Shown here in pieces: positions 23,269 to 32,710 of a stretch of DNA of 64,000 nucleotides. The position numbers and the translations under genes were made by a program. Each line of letters begins with the position of its first letter. Position 1 is the stretch's first letter. Below the pieces are notes generated by a model. The model had not been told where the DNA came from and did not search any database. It was given only the letters and a program-made list of their open reading frames with translations. The stretch comes from Bacilli bacterium (GTDB taxonomy: Bacteria; Bacillota_I; Bacilli_A; ML615J-28; CAG-698), in NCBI GenBank assembly GCA_050953065.1, contig JBMNLZ010000002.1, forward strand, positions 125,906 to 189,905, in the 5' to 3' direction.

Positions 23269-25668
23269 ATGAGAGTGGAGGTAGATATGAAAAAAACTTT
23301 ATTGATGATATTAGTATTATTAAGTGTAGTACTAGTTGGATGTAAAAAGGTGGAAGCAATTTTTACTATAACTTATAATTTAAATGAAGGAATATTACCT
23401 AGTGGGGCTAAAGAATCTTTTACAGAAAAAGAACTTCCTTTACAGTTAGATATACCAACTAAAGAAGGTTATATTTTTTGGGGATGGTATGAAAAAGTTG
23501 ATTTTAGTGGTGATGCGATTACTGCTTTAACTGAGGCTAAAAACTATATATTATTTGCTTTATGGGAGGAAGAAGAAGTAATTCCTGCAACATATACTAT
23601 AACTTATAATTTAAATGGTGGTAAGAATGTAAAAGCAAATAAGGATAGTTTTAAAGAAAGTGATTTACCACTTGAATTAAGAGGTGCTACTAAACAATAT
23701 TTTACATTTTTAGGATGGTATAAGACTCCTGATTTTAGCGGTGAAGTAGTTACATCTATTACTAAAGAAGGTAATGTTACACTTTATGCTAAGTGGGATA
23801 AAGGTCAAAATATAATTGATTATGATTTAGATGGTGGCGATTGGCCTTATACATATCCTTTTGAAGATAGAAGTGATATGGTAGGTGAGTTTATTACTGA
23901 TATTAATGCAGCGCTTGGTTTATCAACTTCAGCTTCATCTTTCTTTTCAACAGGAACATATGGAAAAGATGTTGCAAGTTTTTTTACAATGGAAGCTTAT
24001 AAAGATAAGTGGGGTTGGTTTAAAACTTATATTATAAATGTTGCAACAAGTCAAGGATATGCTAGTATGTCAGGTCTTAATTCAGGAGATAGTGCAATTT
24101 GGAGAAGTAATATTGATTCGTTTTTAAATAGCACTCAAAGAAGCGAATATCCAGTTAGTGCTAATTTTACAACTGAGGCTGCAGCAAATGGTTTTTGGGA
24201 TTTAATTAAAATAGGTCCTATTATTACTACAACTTATGTTGAAATTACTGAAGATATTACTTTAATTAATCCAGTTAGAAATGGCTATAATTTTTCTTGT
24301 TGGGTTGATGAAGATAACAATCCTATTACAGTAATTAAAAAAGGGACAGAAGGTTACTATAAAGTAAGGGCTGTTTGGGATGCAAGAATTTTCCCAACTG
24401 AAATTGTTATTAATAATCCTCTAACTGCATCTTTAGATAAAGGCGATACTTGGGATTTAGATATTAGCCTATTACCATTTAATGTTGAAGAAACAGACCT
24501 TAATATGGTAAGTAGTAATGAACATATTGTTAGTATTGAGGATGGTATTTTAGAAGCATATGCATATGGGGCAGTTACTATTACAATAGCATCTGTTTAT
24601 AATAGTAGTGCTACTACTACATTTAATGTTACAGTTGCTCCAGCCTTAACTGAAGGAGTTCCTGTAATCTTTAATTCATATGGAACATATCTAAATGCTG
24701 TTATTAAAAAAGGTGAAGCATTTGATTTGTCTGAAGGAATTTATGCATATGAATTAAATGCAGGCGATGTAACTAAAGATATTACAATTAAACTTAATGG
24801 CTATTCTAATCAAGTAGTTGGAAACTATAAAGTCGAATATGAAGTTTTAGTTGGTGGTGCTAAAGCAACACTTGAAAGAAATATAATCGTTAATGAATTT
24901 ATTTGGGTCGGACATCGTGGCTGTAATGATGAATGTGTAAGTAATACAATTGAGGCTTTTGAAAAAGGCATTGCAAGAGGCTATAAAGCTTTAGAATGTG
25001 ATATTAAAGTAACTAAAGATAATCAGTTTGTAATCTTCCATAATGGTTATTTAAATGATGCAACAGGAGAAAAAGTATTAACTGAACCATATCAAGCAAC
25101 AACACCAGAATCTAAAACACTAGCAGAACTACAAGCTATGACAGTTAGTCAAACAAGAACTACTCCATCAGGAACATATACTGGTCAAATTGCAAGTTTA
25201 GGAGAGTTTTTAGATTTATGTAAAACAAATGATATCATTGCTGTTATTGAAATCAAATGGACAACAGGGTTAAATACTAGTGATACTAGTAATGTTGAAA
25301 CATTAGTTGAGTTTGTTAAGAGTAAGGGATGGTATGAAAAAACTGTCTTTATGACTTCAATGAGAGCTGTATTAGATGCTATTAGAATAAAATACAGTGA
25401 TGCTACACTCCAATGGTTATGTGGTGCTCAGGCAACCTATGATTCATATAAAGATTGGGCTATTACAAATAGAATTTCTCTTGATATTGCATATGGACTT
25501 TTAACTGAAGATATAGTTACTGAATTCCATAGTAATGGTTTATTAGTAAATTCATATACTCTAAACACTACAAATATTGCTACTACTCAAATTAATTATG
25601 GAGTTGATATGATCACGACTGATTATTTATATCATAATGGTGGTGTAGTTGCTAAAAAATTCTCTTAA
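23269..25668 (+). CDS. Surface lipoprotein with Listeria-Bacteroides-type repeats and a C-terminal glycerophosphodiester phosphodiesterase (GDPD) domain
   Basis: Lipobox LVGC; repeats (TYNLNGG...GWY...LYAKW); GDPD-like HRGCNDECVSNTIEAFE...ECDIKVTKDNQFVIFHN. Confidence 0.65.
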   Translation: MRVEVDMKKTLLMILVLLSVVLVGCKKVEAIFTITYNLNEGILPSGAKESFTEKELPLQLDIPTKEGYIFWGWYEKVDFSGDAITALTEAKNYILFALWEEEEVIPATYTITYNLNGGKNVKANKDSFKESDLPLELRGATKQYFTFLGWYKTPDFSGEVVTSITKEGNVTLYAKWDKGQNIIDYDLDGGDWPYTYPFEDRSDMVGEFITDINAALGLSTSASSFFSTGTYGKDVASFFTMEAYKDKWGWFKTYIINVATSQGYASMSGLNSGDSAIWRSNIDSFLNSTQRSEYPVSANFTTEAAANGFWDLIKIGPIITTTYVEITEDITLINPVRNGYNFSCWVDEDNNPITVIKKGTEGYYKVRAVWDARIFPTEIVINNPLTASLDKGDTWDLDISLLPFNVEETDLNMVSSNEHIVSIEDGILEAYAYGAVTITIASVYNSSATTTFNVTVAPALTEGVPVIFNSYGTYLNAVIKKGEAFDLSEGIYAYELNAGDVTKDITIKLNGYSNQVVGNYKVEYEVLVGGAKATLERNIIVNEFIWVGHRGCNDECVSNTIEAFEKGIARGYKALECDIKVTKDNQFVIFHNGYLNDATGEKVLTEPYQATTPESKTLAELQAMTVSQTRTTPSGTYTGQIASLGEFLDLCKTNDIIAVIEIKWTTGLNTSDTSNVETLVEFVKSKGWYEKTVFMTSMRAVLDAIRIKYSDATLQWLCGAQATYDSYKDWAITNRISLDIAYGLLTEDIVTEFHSNGLLVNSYTLNTTNIATTQINYGVDMITTDYLYHNGGVVAKKFS

Positions 25669-25694
25669 AAAAAGTTTTTAAAAAGGAAAAAAGA

Positions 25695-26498
25695 ATGAGA
25701 AAATTAGGAATTTGTTTATCAGGTGGTGGCGGAAGAGGTGCCTATCAAATAGGTGCCTTAGTAGCCTTAAAAGAATTAGGAATATTAGATAAAGCGAGTT
25801 ATTATTCAGGAACATCAATTGGCTCGGTAAATGCTGTAATGGTTGCGACTTCATCTTTAGAAAATGCAAGAGATATTTGGTTAAATATACCAGAAGACTC
25901 TTTAAAAAAGAATGAAAATTTTTTTAAAGAATTAAGAGAAGTAGGGTATAAGTTTCCAAAAAGCGGTCTATATGAAATGGATTTATTAGAAGAGATTCTA
26001 ATAGAAAATGTTGATATCGACAAATTAAATGTAGAGGATATATTTGTAGCGATTGGATATGGTGGAGATAGTGAGAAAGGCTTTAGATTAATAAAAAACA
26101 CATATAAACACTATATAAAAAAAGAATCTAGAATTATTTATAAAAGTTTGAAAAACTTAAATCAAAAAGATGCAATTGAAGCTGTTAGAATGTCTTGTTC
26201 AATTCCAATAGTTTTTCCAAGCGTTATAAAAGATGGCAAGAAATATTATGATGGTGGAATCTATGATAATGTTCCAGTAGAACCTTTAGTAAAAGCAGGG
26301 TGTGAAGAAATCATAGTAATACATTTACATAAGATACATTTCTTTAGGCCTAAGAAATATCCTAAAGTTGTATTTCATGAAATAAAACATAAAGGACTAA
26401 TGGGAAGCATTTTAAATTTTACTAAAGAACATTCTCAAAAATTATATCAATATGGCTATGATGATGTAATGAATTATTATAATAAAAAAGAAAAATAA
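25695..26498 (+). CDS. Patatin-like phospholipase
   Basis: Oxyanion-hole glycine motif LSGGGGRGAYQIG; nucleophile elbow GTSIGS; DGG near C-terminal part. Confidence 0.8.
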   Translation: MRKLGICLSGGGGRGAYQIGALVALKELGILDKASYYSGTSIGSVNAVMVATSSLENARDIWLNIPEDSLKKNENFFKELREVGYKFPKSGLYEMDLLEEILIENVDIDKLNVEDIFVAIGYGGDSEKGFRLIKNTYKHYIKKESRIIYKSLKNLNQKDAIEAVRMSCSIPIVFPSVIKDGKKYYDGGIYDNVPVEPLVKAGCEEIIVIHLHKIHFFRPKKYPKVVFHEIKHKGLMGSILNFTKEHSQKLYQYGYDDVMNYYNKKEK

Positions 26499-26504
26499 AA
26501 GGGG

Positions 26505-26801
26505 GTGAGGAAAATGGGGGAAAATAAAGGTAAAAAAAGTTTTGAGGCAAGATTAAGATTTTATCAAGTCGTTTTAATAAATATAAGTATAGTTATAGTT
26601 TTGTTAATGTATTTTTTTGGTGGATTATTTTTAATCAAATTAGAAACATATGGTGATGTTGATTTTACAACACATTTATTAATAGCTTCTCTTGTTATAG
26701 TCTTGTTTGCAATGGTGTTAACTTTTGGAATTATAATTATAATTAACAAGACTCTTAAATCAAGTGCTGAAAACAAATCTGAAAAAGAAAGTGTTAATTA
26801 A
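26505..26801 (+). CDS. Small hypothetical membrane protein (two predicted TM helices)
   Basis: ORF track; hydrophobic segments; 7 nt after the patatin gene; no recognisable motif. Confidence 0.4.
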   Translation: MRKMGENKGKKSFEARLRFYQVVLINISIVIVLLMYFFGGLFLIKLETYGDVDFTTHLLIASLVIVLFAMVLTFGIIIIINKTLKSSAENKSEKESVN

Positions 26802-26811
26802 ATAAAGGGAA

Positions 26812-26852
26812 AAGAAAAAAAGATGAATCAAACGGTTCATCTTTTTTTAAAA
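26812..26852. terminator. Bidirectional terminator between convergent genes
   Basis: Stem AAGATGAA / TTCATCTT flanked by an A-run and a T-run. Confidence 0.6.
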
Positions 26853-26865
26853 CATTTAAATATTT

Positions 26866-27744
26866 TTACCATCCACGATTAGATGTTTTTTTCTCATCAG
26901 CTAACTCAGAAACAGCAATACCACTCATTGCTTCGCCTAAGTCTTCAGAAAGTTCTGCTAATACTTTAGGGTTGTTATAATTAGCAACAGCTTTTACAAT
27001 TGCTTCAGCTCTTTTTTTAGGATTTCCTGATTTGAAAATACCAGAACCAACAAAGACACCATCACAACCAAGTTGCATCATTAATGCAGCATCGGCTGGA
27101 GTTGCGATTCCACCAGCTGCGAAGTTTACAACAGGTAAAGTCTTATGTTCTTTCACCCATAAAGCAAGTTCATATGGAACTCTCATTTCTTTTGCTTTTT
27201 CTTTTAGTTCGCTATCACTTAATTTAGATAAGTTGTCGATATCTTCAAGCATAGTTCTCATATGAGTTACAGCTTCAACCACATCTCCTGTTCCAGCTTC
27301 ACCTTTAGTTCTAATCATTGAAGCACCTTCATTAATTCTTCTTAGGGCTTCACCTAAATTTCTAGCCCCACAAACAAATGGAACGCTAAATTTTTTCTTA
27401 TCAACATGATAAGTATTATCAGCTGGAGTTAAAACTTCACTTTCATCAACATAGTCAACTTTTAAAGCTTCTAGAATTTGAGCTTCTACGAAGTGGCCAA
27501 TTCTAACTTTAGCCATTACAGGGATTGAAACAGCTTTTTGGATTTCTTTAATCATTTTAGGATCAGACATTCTAGCGACTCCGCCTTCACGTCTAATATC
27601 AGCTGGGACTCTTTCTAAAGCCATTACAGCAACCGCACCTGCAGCTTCAGCTATTTTTGCTTGTTCTGCGTTAGTTACGTCCATAATAACTCCGCCTTTA
27701 AATGTTTCTGCTAACTTTTTATTGAATTCATTTTTTTTAGTCAT
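26866..27744 (-). CDS. pdxS: Pyridoxal 5'-phosphate synthase lyase subunit PdxS
   Basis: Highly conserved PdxS/SNZ sequence ([43 protein letters not shown]). Confidence 0.95.
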   Translation of the reverse strand: MTKKNEFNKKLAETFKGGVIMDVTNAEQAKIAEAAGAVAVMALERVPADIRREGGVARMSDPKMIKEIQKAVSIPVMAKVRIGHFVEAQILEALKVDYVDESEVLTPADNTYHVDKKKFSVPFVCGARNLGEALRRINEGASMIRTKGEAGTGDVVEAVTHMRTMLEDIDNLSKLSDSELKEKAKEMRVPYELALWVKEHKTLPVVNFAAGGIATPADAALMMQLGCDGVFVGSGIFKSGNPKKRAEAIVKAVANYNNPKVLAELSEDLGEAMSGIAVSELADEKKTSNRGW

Positions 27745-27920
27745 ATCTATATCTCCTTAAATTGATACTTAGTTTAATGTATATATATTAACATAAATAA
27801 AAAAAATATTCAAGATGATAATTGAATAATTATAAAAATAACCTTAAAGGCTTAATTAAAAAGGTTTATTAAAGTTTAAAGTTATGATACAATTTAAACA
27901 AAGGAAGGGGGGATCTCTTT

Positions 27921-30128
27921 ATGAAGAAATGCTTATTTTTATTTAGTATATGTTTATTTGTTTTAAGTGGATGTTTGTATAAAGTAGAACAACCTCCTAA
28001 AGTAGATATAGTTATTTCTTTTACTAATGAAGGAGATTCATTAGATAAAGTAACTGGAGATTTAATTTTACCAAGTGAATATAAAGAAGAAAGTATTACT
28101 TGGCAATCAAGTAATGAAAGTATTTTATCTAATGATGGAATTCTTTTAGTAGATAAAACAGAAGAAGATATTCCTATAATGATGACTGCAACTCTTTCAA
28201 GTGGTGAGAAGATAAAATTTTTATTAACAATTAAAGCTAACGTTAATGATGAAGAAGATACTGATGTTTTAGCAGTTGAAGTGAAAGCATTTTTAAATGT
28301 GCTTAATAGTATTACTGAAGTTGATTTAGGATCAAGAAACCAAATTGAACTGGCTAGAACATTATTTGATAGATTAGATAGTACTAAAAAAAGGCAAGTT
28401 TCAGGGAAGGATTATTTAAGATTAGTTACGATTGAAAGCACATATAATAGTCTTTTAGTAAATCAAGCAGCAGTAGAAGTTTGCAATATGATTTCTAGTA
28501 TTATAGATGGTTCCCTAACAAATGAACAAGCAATCTTAAATGCTAGATCTAGTTATAATAATTTAAACGATGATTTAAAAAAAGAAGTAAACAATCATGA
28601 TAGATTGCTTGCTTTAGAAGTTGAATTACAATCAAATAAAGATATTGCTTTTGTTGAAGAAAAGATACGTGAAATAGGGCCTGTTGATATGAACAGCGAA
28701 ATAAAAATCAACATTGCTTTAGCTTTTTATAATCATTTAAGTGAAACAGAAAAAGCTAAAGTTTCAAACAAAGATGTTTTGTCTAACGCAGTTAGTGCAT
28801 ATCAAAATTTGATTACGGAATTTAGAGTTGTTTTTTTAGATAGTGATGAGACTGTTTTAAAAATTGAGTCAGTTAAAACAAATCAAAGTGCAACACCTCC
28901 TGTTGTTGATAAAATAGGCTATACATTTATTGCATGGTCAAGTAATGAATATCAAAACGTTACAAAAGATGTAACAGTTAAAGCAAGTTATTCTCTTACA
29001 ACTTATGATATTGTTTATAATTTAAATGGTGGAGTATTAAGTAATTCAGTTAATAGTTATACTGTTTTAGATGAAGTAAATTTAAAAACTCCGACTAAAA
29101 CTAATCATATATTTTTAGGTTGGTATACAGAAAGTAGTTTTACTCATAAAGTAACATCTATTTCAGTTAACTCAATTGGAAATAAAACATTTTATGCTAA
29201 ATGGGTTTCTTTAACAGAAGAGTTTAATATTACATATAATTTAAATGGTGGTTATTGGGGATTTTTAAGTAAGGCTGAACTGACTAGTAGTTTTTTTAAT
29301 GATTTAAAAACATATTTAGGAGCAAGTGAAACATATAATACTTTTGTTCATGGAGTAGGTAAAACAAGTGGCTTTGCAGGGCTTTGGTATACAGATGCTA
29401 GATATAAGGATAAAATATATAAAGTAAATTCTAAACTACCAAATAGTGATCCATACTTTATTAATCATCCAACATATAATGCTAAGTGGCTGGCTTTCTT
29501 TAACTTAATTGATGAAATGGTAAAACAAGTAAATTCTACTCAAAGTTTTTGGGGAGAAGTATATGTTGGAAGACTTAGACTTAAAAACTATTTTGCTGGA
29601 GAGACATTTATTGCATCTCAGTTAGCAAGAATGCCTAATTATAATGGAACAATAGTTAATAAGATTAAGTATAACGATAATTTAACACTAAGAAGACCGT
29701 GTGGAGTTAATAAGGAATTTTTGGGTTGGAGTTTAACTAATACCTCTTCAACAAATTACCTTACTAATCTAACTAATATTTCAAGTAATGTTACACTATA
29801 TGCAATATGGAGAAATATGCAAGCAGTTGAAGTGTCTTTAGGTATTTTTGAAATAACAGCATATTGTCCTTGTAGTATTTGTTGTGGAGAATATTCTGAT
29901 GGTATTACATATTCTGGAACTGTTACTACAGCTGGAAGAACTATTGCAGTTGATCCTAGTGTGATTGCCCTTGGAACTAGTGTTATTATTAATAATCATA
30001 CTTATGTTGCAGAAGATATTGGTAGCGCAATAAAGGGAAAACGAATTGATATTTATTTTAATACTCATCAAGAAGCATTAAATTTTGGCAGAAGACAATT
30101 AGAAGTTAAAGTAATTCAATATCAATAA
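27921..30128 (+). CDS. Surface lipoprotein with Listeria-Bacteroides-type repeats and a C-terminal 3D (MltA/YuiC-like) domain
   Basis: Lipobox LSGC; YNLNGG...GWY...YAKW repeats; C-terminal 3D-like AYCPCSICCGEYSDGITYSGT...DIGSAIKGKRIDIYF. Confidence 0.6.
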   Translation: MKKCLFLFSICLFVLSGCLYKVEQPPKVDIVISFTNEGDSLDKVTGDLILPSEYKEESITWQSSNESILSNDGILLVDKTEEDIPIMMTATLSSGEKIKFLLTIKANVNDEEDTDVLAVEVKAFLNVLNSITEVDLGSRNQIELARTLFDRLDSTKKRQVSGKDYLRLVTIESTYNSLLVNQAAVEVCNMISSIIDGSLTNEQAILNARSSYNNLNDDLKKEVNNHDRLLALEVELQSNKDIAFVEEKIREIGPVDMNSEIKINIALAFYNHLSETEKAKVSNKDVLSNAVSAYQNLITEFRVVFLDSDETVLKIESVKTNQSATPPVVDKIGYTFIAWSSNEYQNVTKDVTVKASYSLTTYDIVYNLNGGVLSNSVNSYTVLDEVNLKTPTKTNHIFLGWYTESSFTHKVTSISVNSIGNKTFYAKWVSLTEEFNITYNLNGGYWGFLSKAELTSSFFNDLKTYLGASETYNTFVHGVGKTSGFAGLWYTDARYKDKIYKVNSKLPNSDPYFINHPTYNAKWLAFFNLIDEMVKQVNSTQSFWGEVYVGRLRLKNYFAGETFIASQLARMPNYNGTIVNKIKYNDNLTLRRPCGVNKEFLGWSLTNTSSTNYLTNLTNISSNVTLYAIWRNMQAVEVSLGIFEITAYCPCSICCGEYSDGITYSGTVTTAGRTIAVDPSVIALGTSVIINNHTYVAEDIGSAIKGKRIDIYFNTHQEALNFGRRQLEVKVIQYQ

Positions 30129-30155
30129 TTTGATTTATAAAGTATTAAAAAAGAT

Positions 30156-30190
30156 AAGGATTTTGTTTTAAAAACAAAGTCCTTTTTTTG
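30156..30190 (+). terminator. Rho-independent terminator after the lipoprotein gene
   Basis: Stem AAGGATTTTGTTTT / AAAACAAAGTCCTT followed by a T-run. Confidence 0.6.
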
Positions 30191-30227
30191 TTTAATCGTT
30201 TTCAAGTTAAATATTTTCATAAAGTTC

Positions 30228-30256
30228 TTAACAAAGAAAGGCTTATGTGTTATAAT
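30228..30256 (+). promoter_or_regulatory. Putative promoter of the hydrogenase operon
   Basis: TTAACA, 17-nt spacer, TATAAT (with TGT just upstream). Confidence 0.45.
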
Positions 30257-30348
30257 ACTTAATGGAAAAATCAAAATTTTAGGTAGCATAAAAGACTATT
30301 TATGATTTTTTTAAAAAAGTAAACCATAAGAAAAGGAGTGAAAAGATT

Positions 30349-30846
30349 ATGGCAGTTAAAGTCGAATTGACTGAAGCTAAAATTAATGAGTTAAAGTCAA
30401 AAATTGCTGCACACAAGAAAAAACCAGGGCCATTAATGCCTACATTGCATGATGCTCAAAAGATTTTTGGTTGTGTACCTTTAGCAGTGCAAAAAATTAT
30501 TTCAGAAGAATTAGGAGAAAGTGTTGCTAAGATTAATGGTGTTGTTACTTTCTATTCAAATTTTTCAATTGAACCAAAAGGGAAATATGTAATTTCTGTT
30601 TGTTTAGGAACAGCATGCTACGTAAGAAGCGCGCAACAAATCCTTGATGTATTTACAAAAGAATTAAATATTGCTCCAGGTGAAACAACTGAAGATGGTA
30701 AATTTACAATAGAAGCTACAAGATGTATAGGTGCTTGTGGACTAGCTCCTGTTTTTACTATTAATGGTAAAGTTTATGGTTCAGCTACACCTGATATTGC
30801 TAGAAAAGCTTTAAAAGAATGTAAAGAATGTGAAGAAAAGGAGTAG
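30349..30846 (+). CDS. hndA: [FeFe]-hydrogenase NuoE-like subunit (thioredoxin-like [2Fe-2S])
   Basis: NuoE/HndA-like Cys pattern (CLGTAC...CIGACGLAP); first gene of a four-gene hydrogenase operon. Confidence 0.8.
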   Translation: MAVKVELTEAKINELKSKIAAHKKKPGPLMPTLHDAQKIFGCVPLAVQKIISEELGESVAKINGVVTFYSNFSIEPKGKYVISVCLGTACYVRSAQQILDVFTKELNIAPGETTEDGKFTIEATRCIGACGLAPVFTINGKVYGSATPDIARKALKECKECEEKE

Positions 30847-30854
30847 TGTGAAAA

Positions 30855-31214
30855 ATGAAACTTGCAGATTTAAAAAAGATTAAAGAAGAAGGTAGTAAAA
30901 AACTTTTCTTAAAAGAAGATAAAAATTATAGAATCGTTGTTGGACTAGCAACTTGCGGGATTTCTGCTGGCGCTAATGTTGTTTATGATGAATTAAAAAA
31001 GATAATTAAAAAACAAAATCTTAACGTTGATTTAGTTTCAGTTGGTTGTATGGGTCAATGTGCATTAGAACCAATTGTAGAAGTATATGATAAAAAAGGT
31101 ACAAGAACTACATATGGTAAAGTTAAAGCACAAGATGCTATAAAAATAATTGAAAGTCATATTTTGGCAAACACAGTAGTTGAAGAATTATTGTTGTCAA
31201 AATTATTGAAATAG
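30855..31214 (+). CDS. hndB: Small thioredoxin-like [2Fe-2S] ferredoxin subunit (HndB-like)
   Basis: 119 aa; Cys motifs ATCGISAG and GCMGQCA; lies between the NuoE-like and NuoF-like genes. Confidence 0.65.
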   Translation: MKLADLKKIKEEGSKKLFLKEDKNYRIVVGLATCGISAGANVVYDELKKIIKKQNLNVDLVSVGCMGQCALEPIVEVYDKKGTRTTYGKVKAQDAIKIIESHILANTVVEELLLSKLLK

Positions 31215-31226
31215 GAGGATAGTATA

Positions 31227-32693
31227 ATGGTACAAGGAAAACAAGTAAGAATTGCTTTAAGAAATTGTGGTATTATTAATCCTATTTCTTTAGAAGAATA
31301 TGTGGCTTGTGATGGATTCTTTGCTTTAGAAAAAGTGTTGCATCATATGACGCCAGAAGAAGTATGTAAAGTAATTAAGGATTCTGGTTTAAGAGGACGT
31401 GGAGGCGGAGGGTTTCCAACTGGACTTAAATGGGAATTTGAAGCTAAAAATTCTGCCAAACAAAAATATATAATTTGTAATGCTGATGAGGGCGACCCAG
31501 GTGCATTTATGGATAGAGCTGTTTTAGAAGGCGATCCATTCTCAGTAATTGAAGCGTTAATTATTGGTGGGTATGCAACGGGCTCTACTCAAGGTTATGT
31601 TTATATTAGAGCAGAATATCCTTTAGCAGTTGAACGTCTTAATACGGCTATTAAAATTTGTTATAAGAATAACTTGTTAGGTAAAAATATTTTAGAATCA
31701 AACTTTTCATTTAATTTAGAAGCTCGTCTTGGAGCAGGAGCGTTTGTATGTGGTGAGGAGACTGCTTTAATGGCTTCTATTGAAGGTGAAAGAGGAATGG
31801 CTAGAACTAAACCACCATTTCCTGCTGAAAAGGGCTTATGGGGAATGCCAACAAGCATTAATAATGTTGAAACATTTGCAAACATTGCACCAATTATTTT
31901 AAAAGGTGCTGAATGGTTTAAGCAATATGGGACTGAAAAATCTAAAGGTACTAAAGTATTTGCTTTAGGTGGAAAAATTAATAATACTGGTCTTTTAGAA
32001 ATTCCAATGGGAACTACTTTAAGAGAAGTTATATATGACATTGGTGGTGGGATACCTGGTGGGAAAGCTTTTAAAGCTGTTCAAACAGGTGGACCTAGTG
32101 GAGGATGTTTAACTGCAAAACATCTTGACACTGGAATTGATTATGATAACTTAGTTGCACTTGGCTCAATGATGGGGTCTGGTGGAATGATTGTTATGGA
32201 TGAAGATAATTGTATGGTTGATGTTGCAAGATTTTTCTTAGATTTTACAGTTGATGAGTCATGTGGTAAATGTACTCCTTGTAGAGAAGGTACTAAGAGA
32301 ATGCTTGAAATTTTAGAAAAGATTATTGCTGGAAAAGGTGAAATGAGTGATTTAGACGAATTAGAAAGCCTAGCTCATTCAATTAAAGACTCAGCACTTT
32401 GTGGTTTAGGTCAAACTGCTCCAAACCCAGTATTATCAACTCTAAATAATTTTAGAGATGAATATATTGCTCATATCGTTGAGAAGAGATGTCCTGCTGG
32501 AGTATGTAAGGATTTAATTAAATATCATATATTAGCGGATAAATGTATTGGTTGTACAAGATGTGCTAAAGTTTGTCCAACTGGTGCTATTAAAGGCGAA
32601 TTAAAACAAGCACATGTAATTGATGTTAATAAATGCATTAAATGTGGAGCATGTAAACAAGCGTGTCCTGTTCATGCGATTGTTACTAAGTAG
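31227..32693 (+). CDS. hndC: NuoF-like NAD(P)H-binding flavoprotein subunit with FMN and Fe-S sites
   Basis: [16 protein letters not shown] motif; C-terminal 2x[4Fe-4S] ([24 protein letters not shown]). Confidence 0.85.
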   Translation: MVQGKQVRIALRNCGIINPISLEEYVACDGFFALEKVLHHMTPEEVCKVIKDSGLRGRGGGGFPTGLKWEFEAKNSAKQKYIICNADEGDPGAFMDRAVLEGDPFSVIEALIIGGYATGSTQGYVYIRAEYPLAVERLNTAIKICYKNNLLGKNILESNFSFNLEARLGAGAFVCGEETALMASIEGERGMARTKPPFPAEKGLWGMPTSINNVETFANIAPIILKGAEWFKQYGTEKSKGTKVFALGGKINNTGLLEIPMGTTLREVIYDIGGGIPGGKAFKAVQTGGPSGGCLTAKHLDTGIDYDNLVALGSMMGSGGMIVMDEDNCMVDVARFFLDFTVDESCGKCTPCREGTKRMLEILEKIIAGKGEMSDLDELESLAHSIKDSALCGLGQTAPNPVLSTLNNFRDEYIAHIVEKRCPAGVCKDLIKYHILADKCIGCTRCAKVCPTGAIKGELKQAHVIDVNKCIKCGACKQACPVHAIVTK

Positions 32694-32710
32694 AAGGAGG
32701 TATATAAAAC

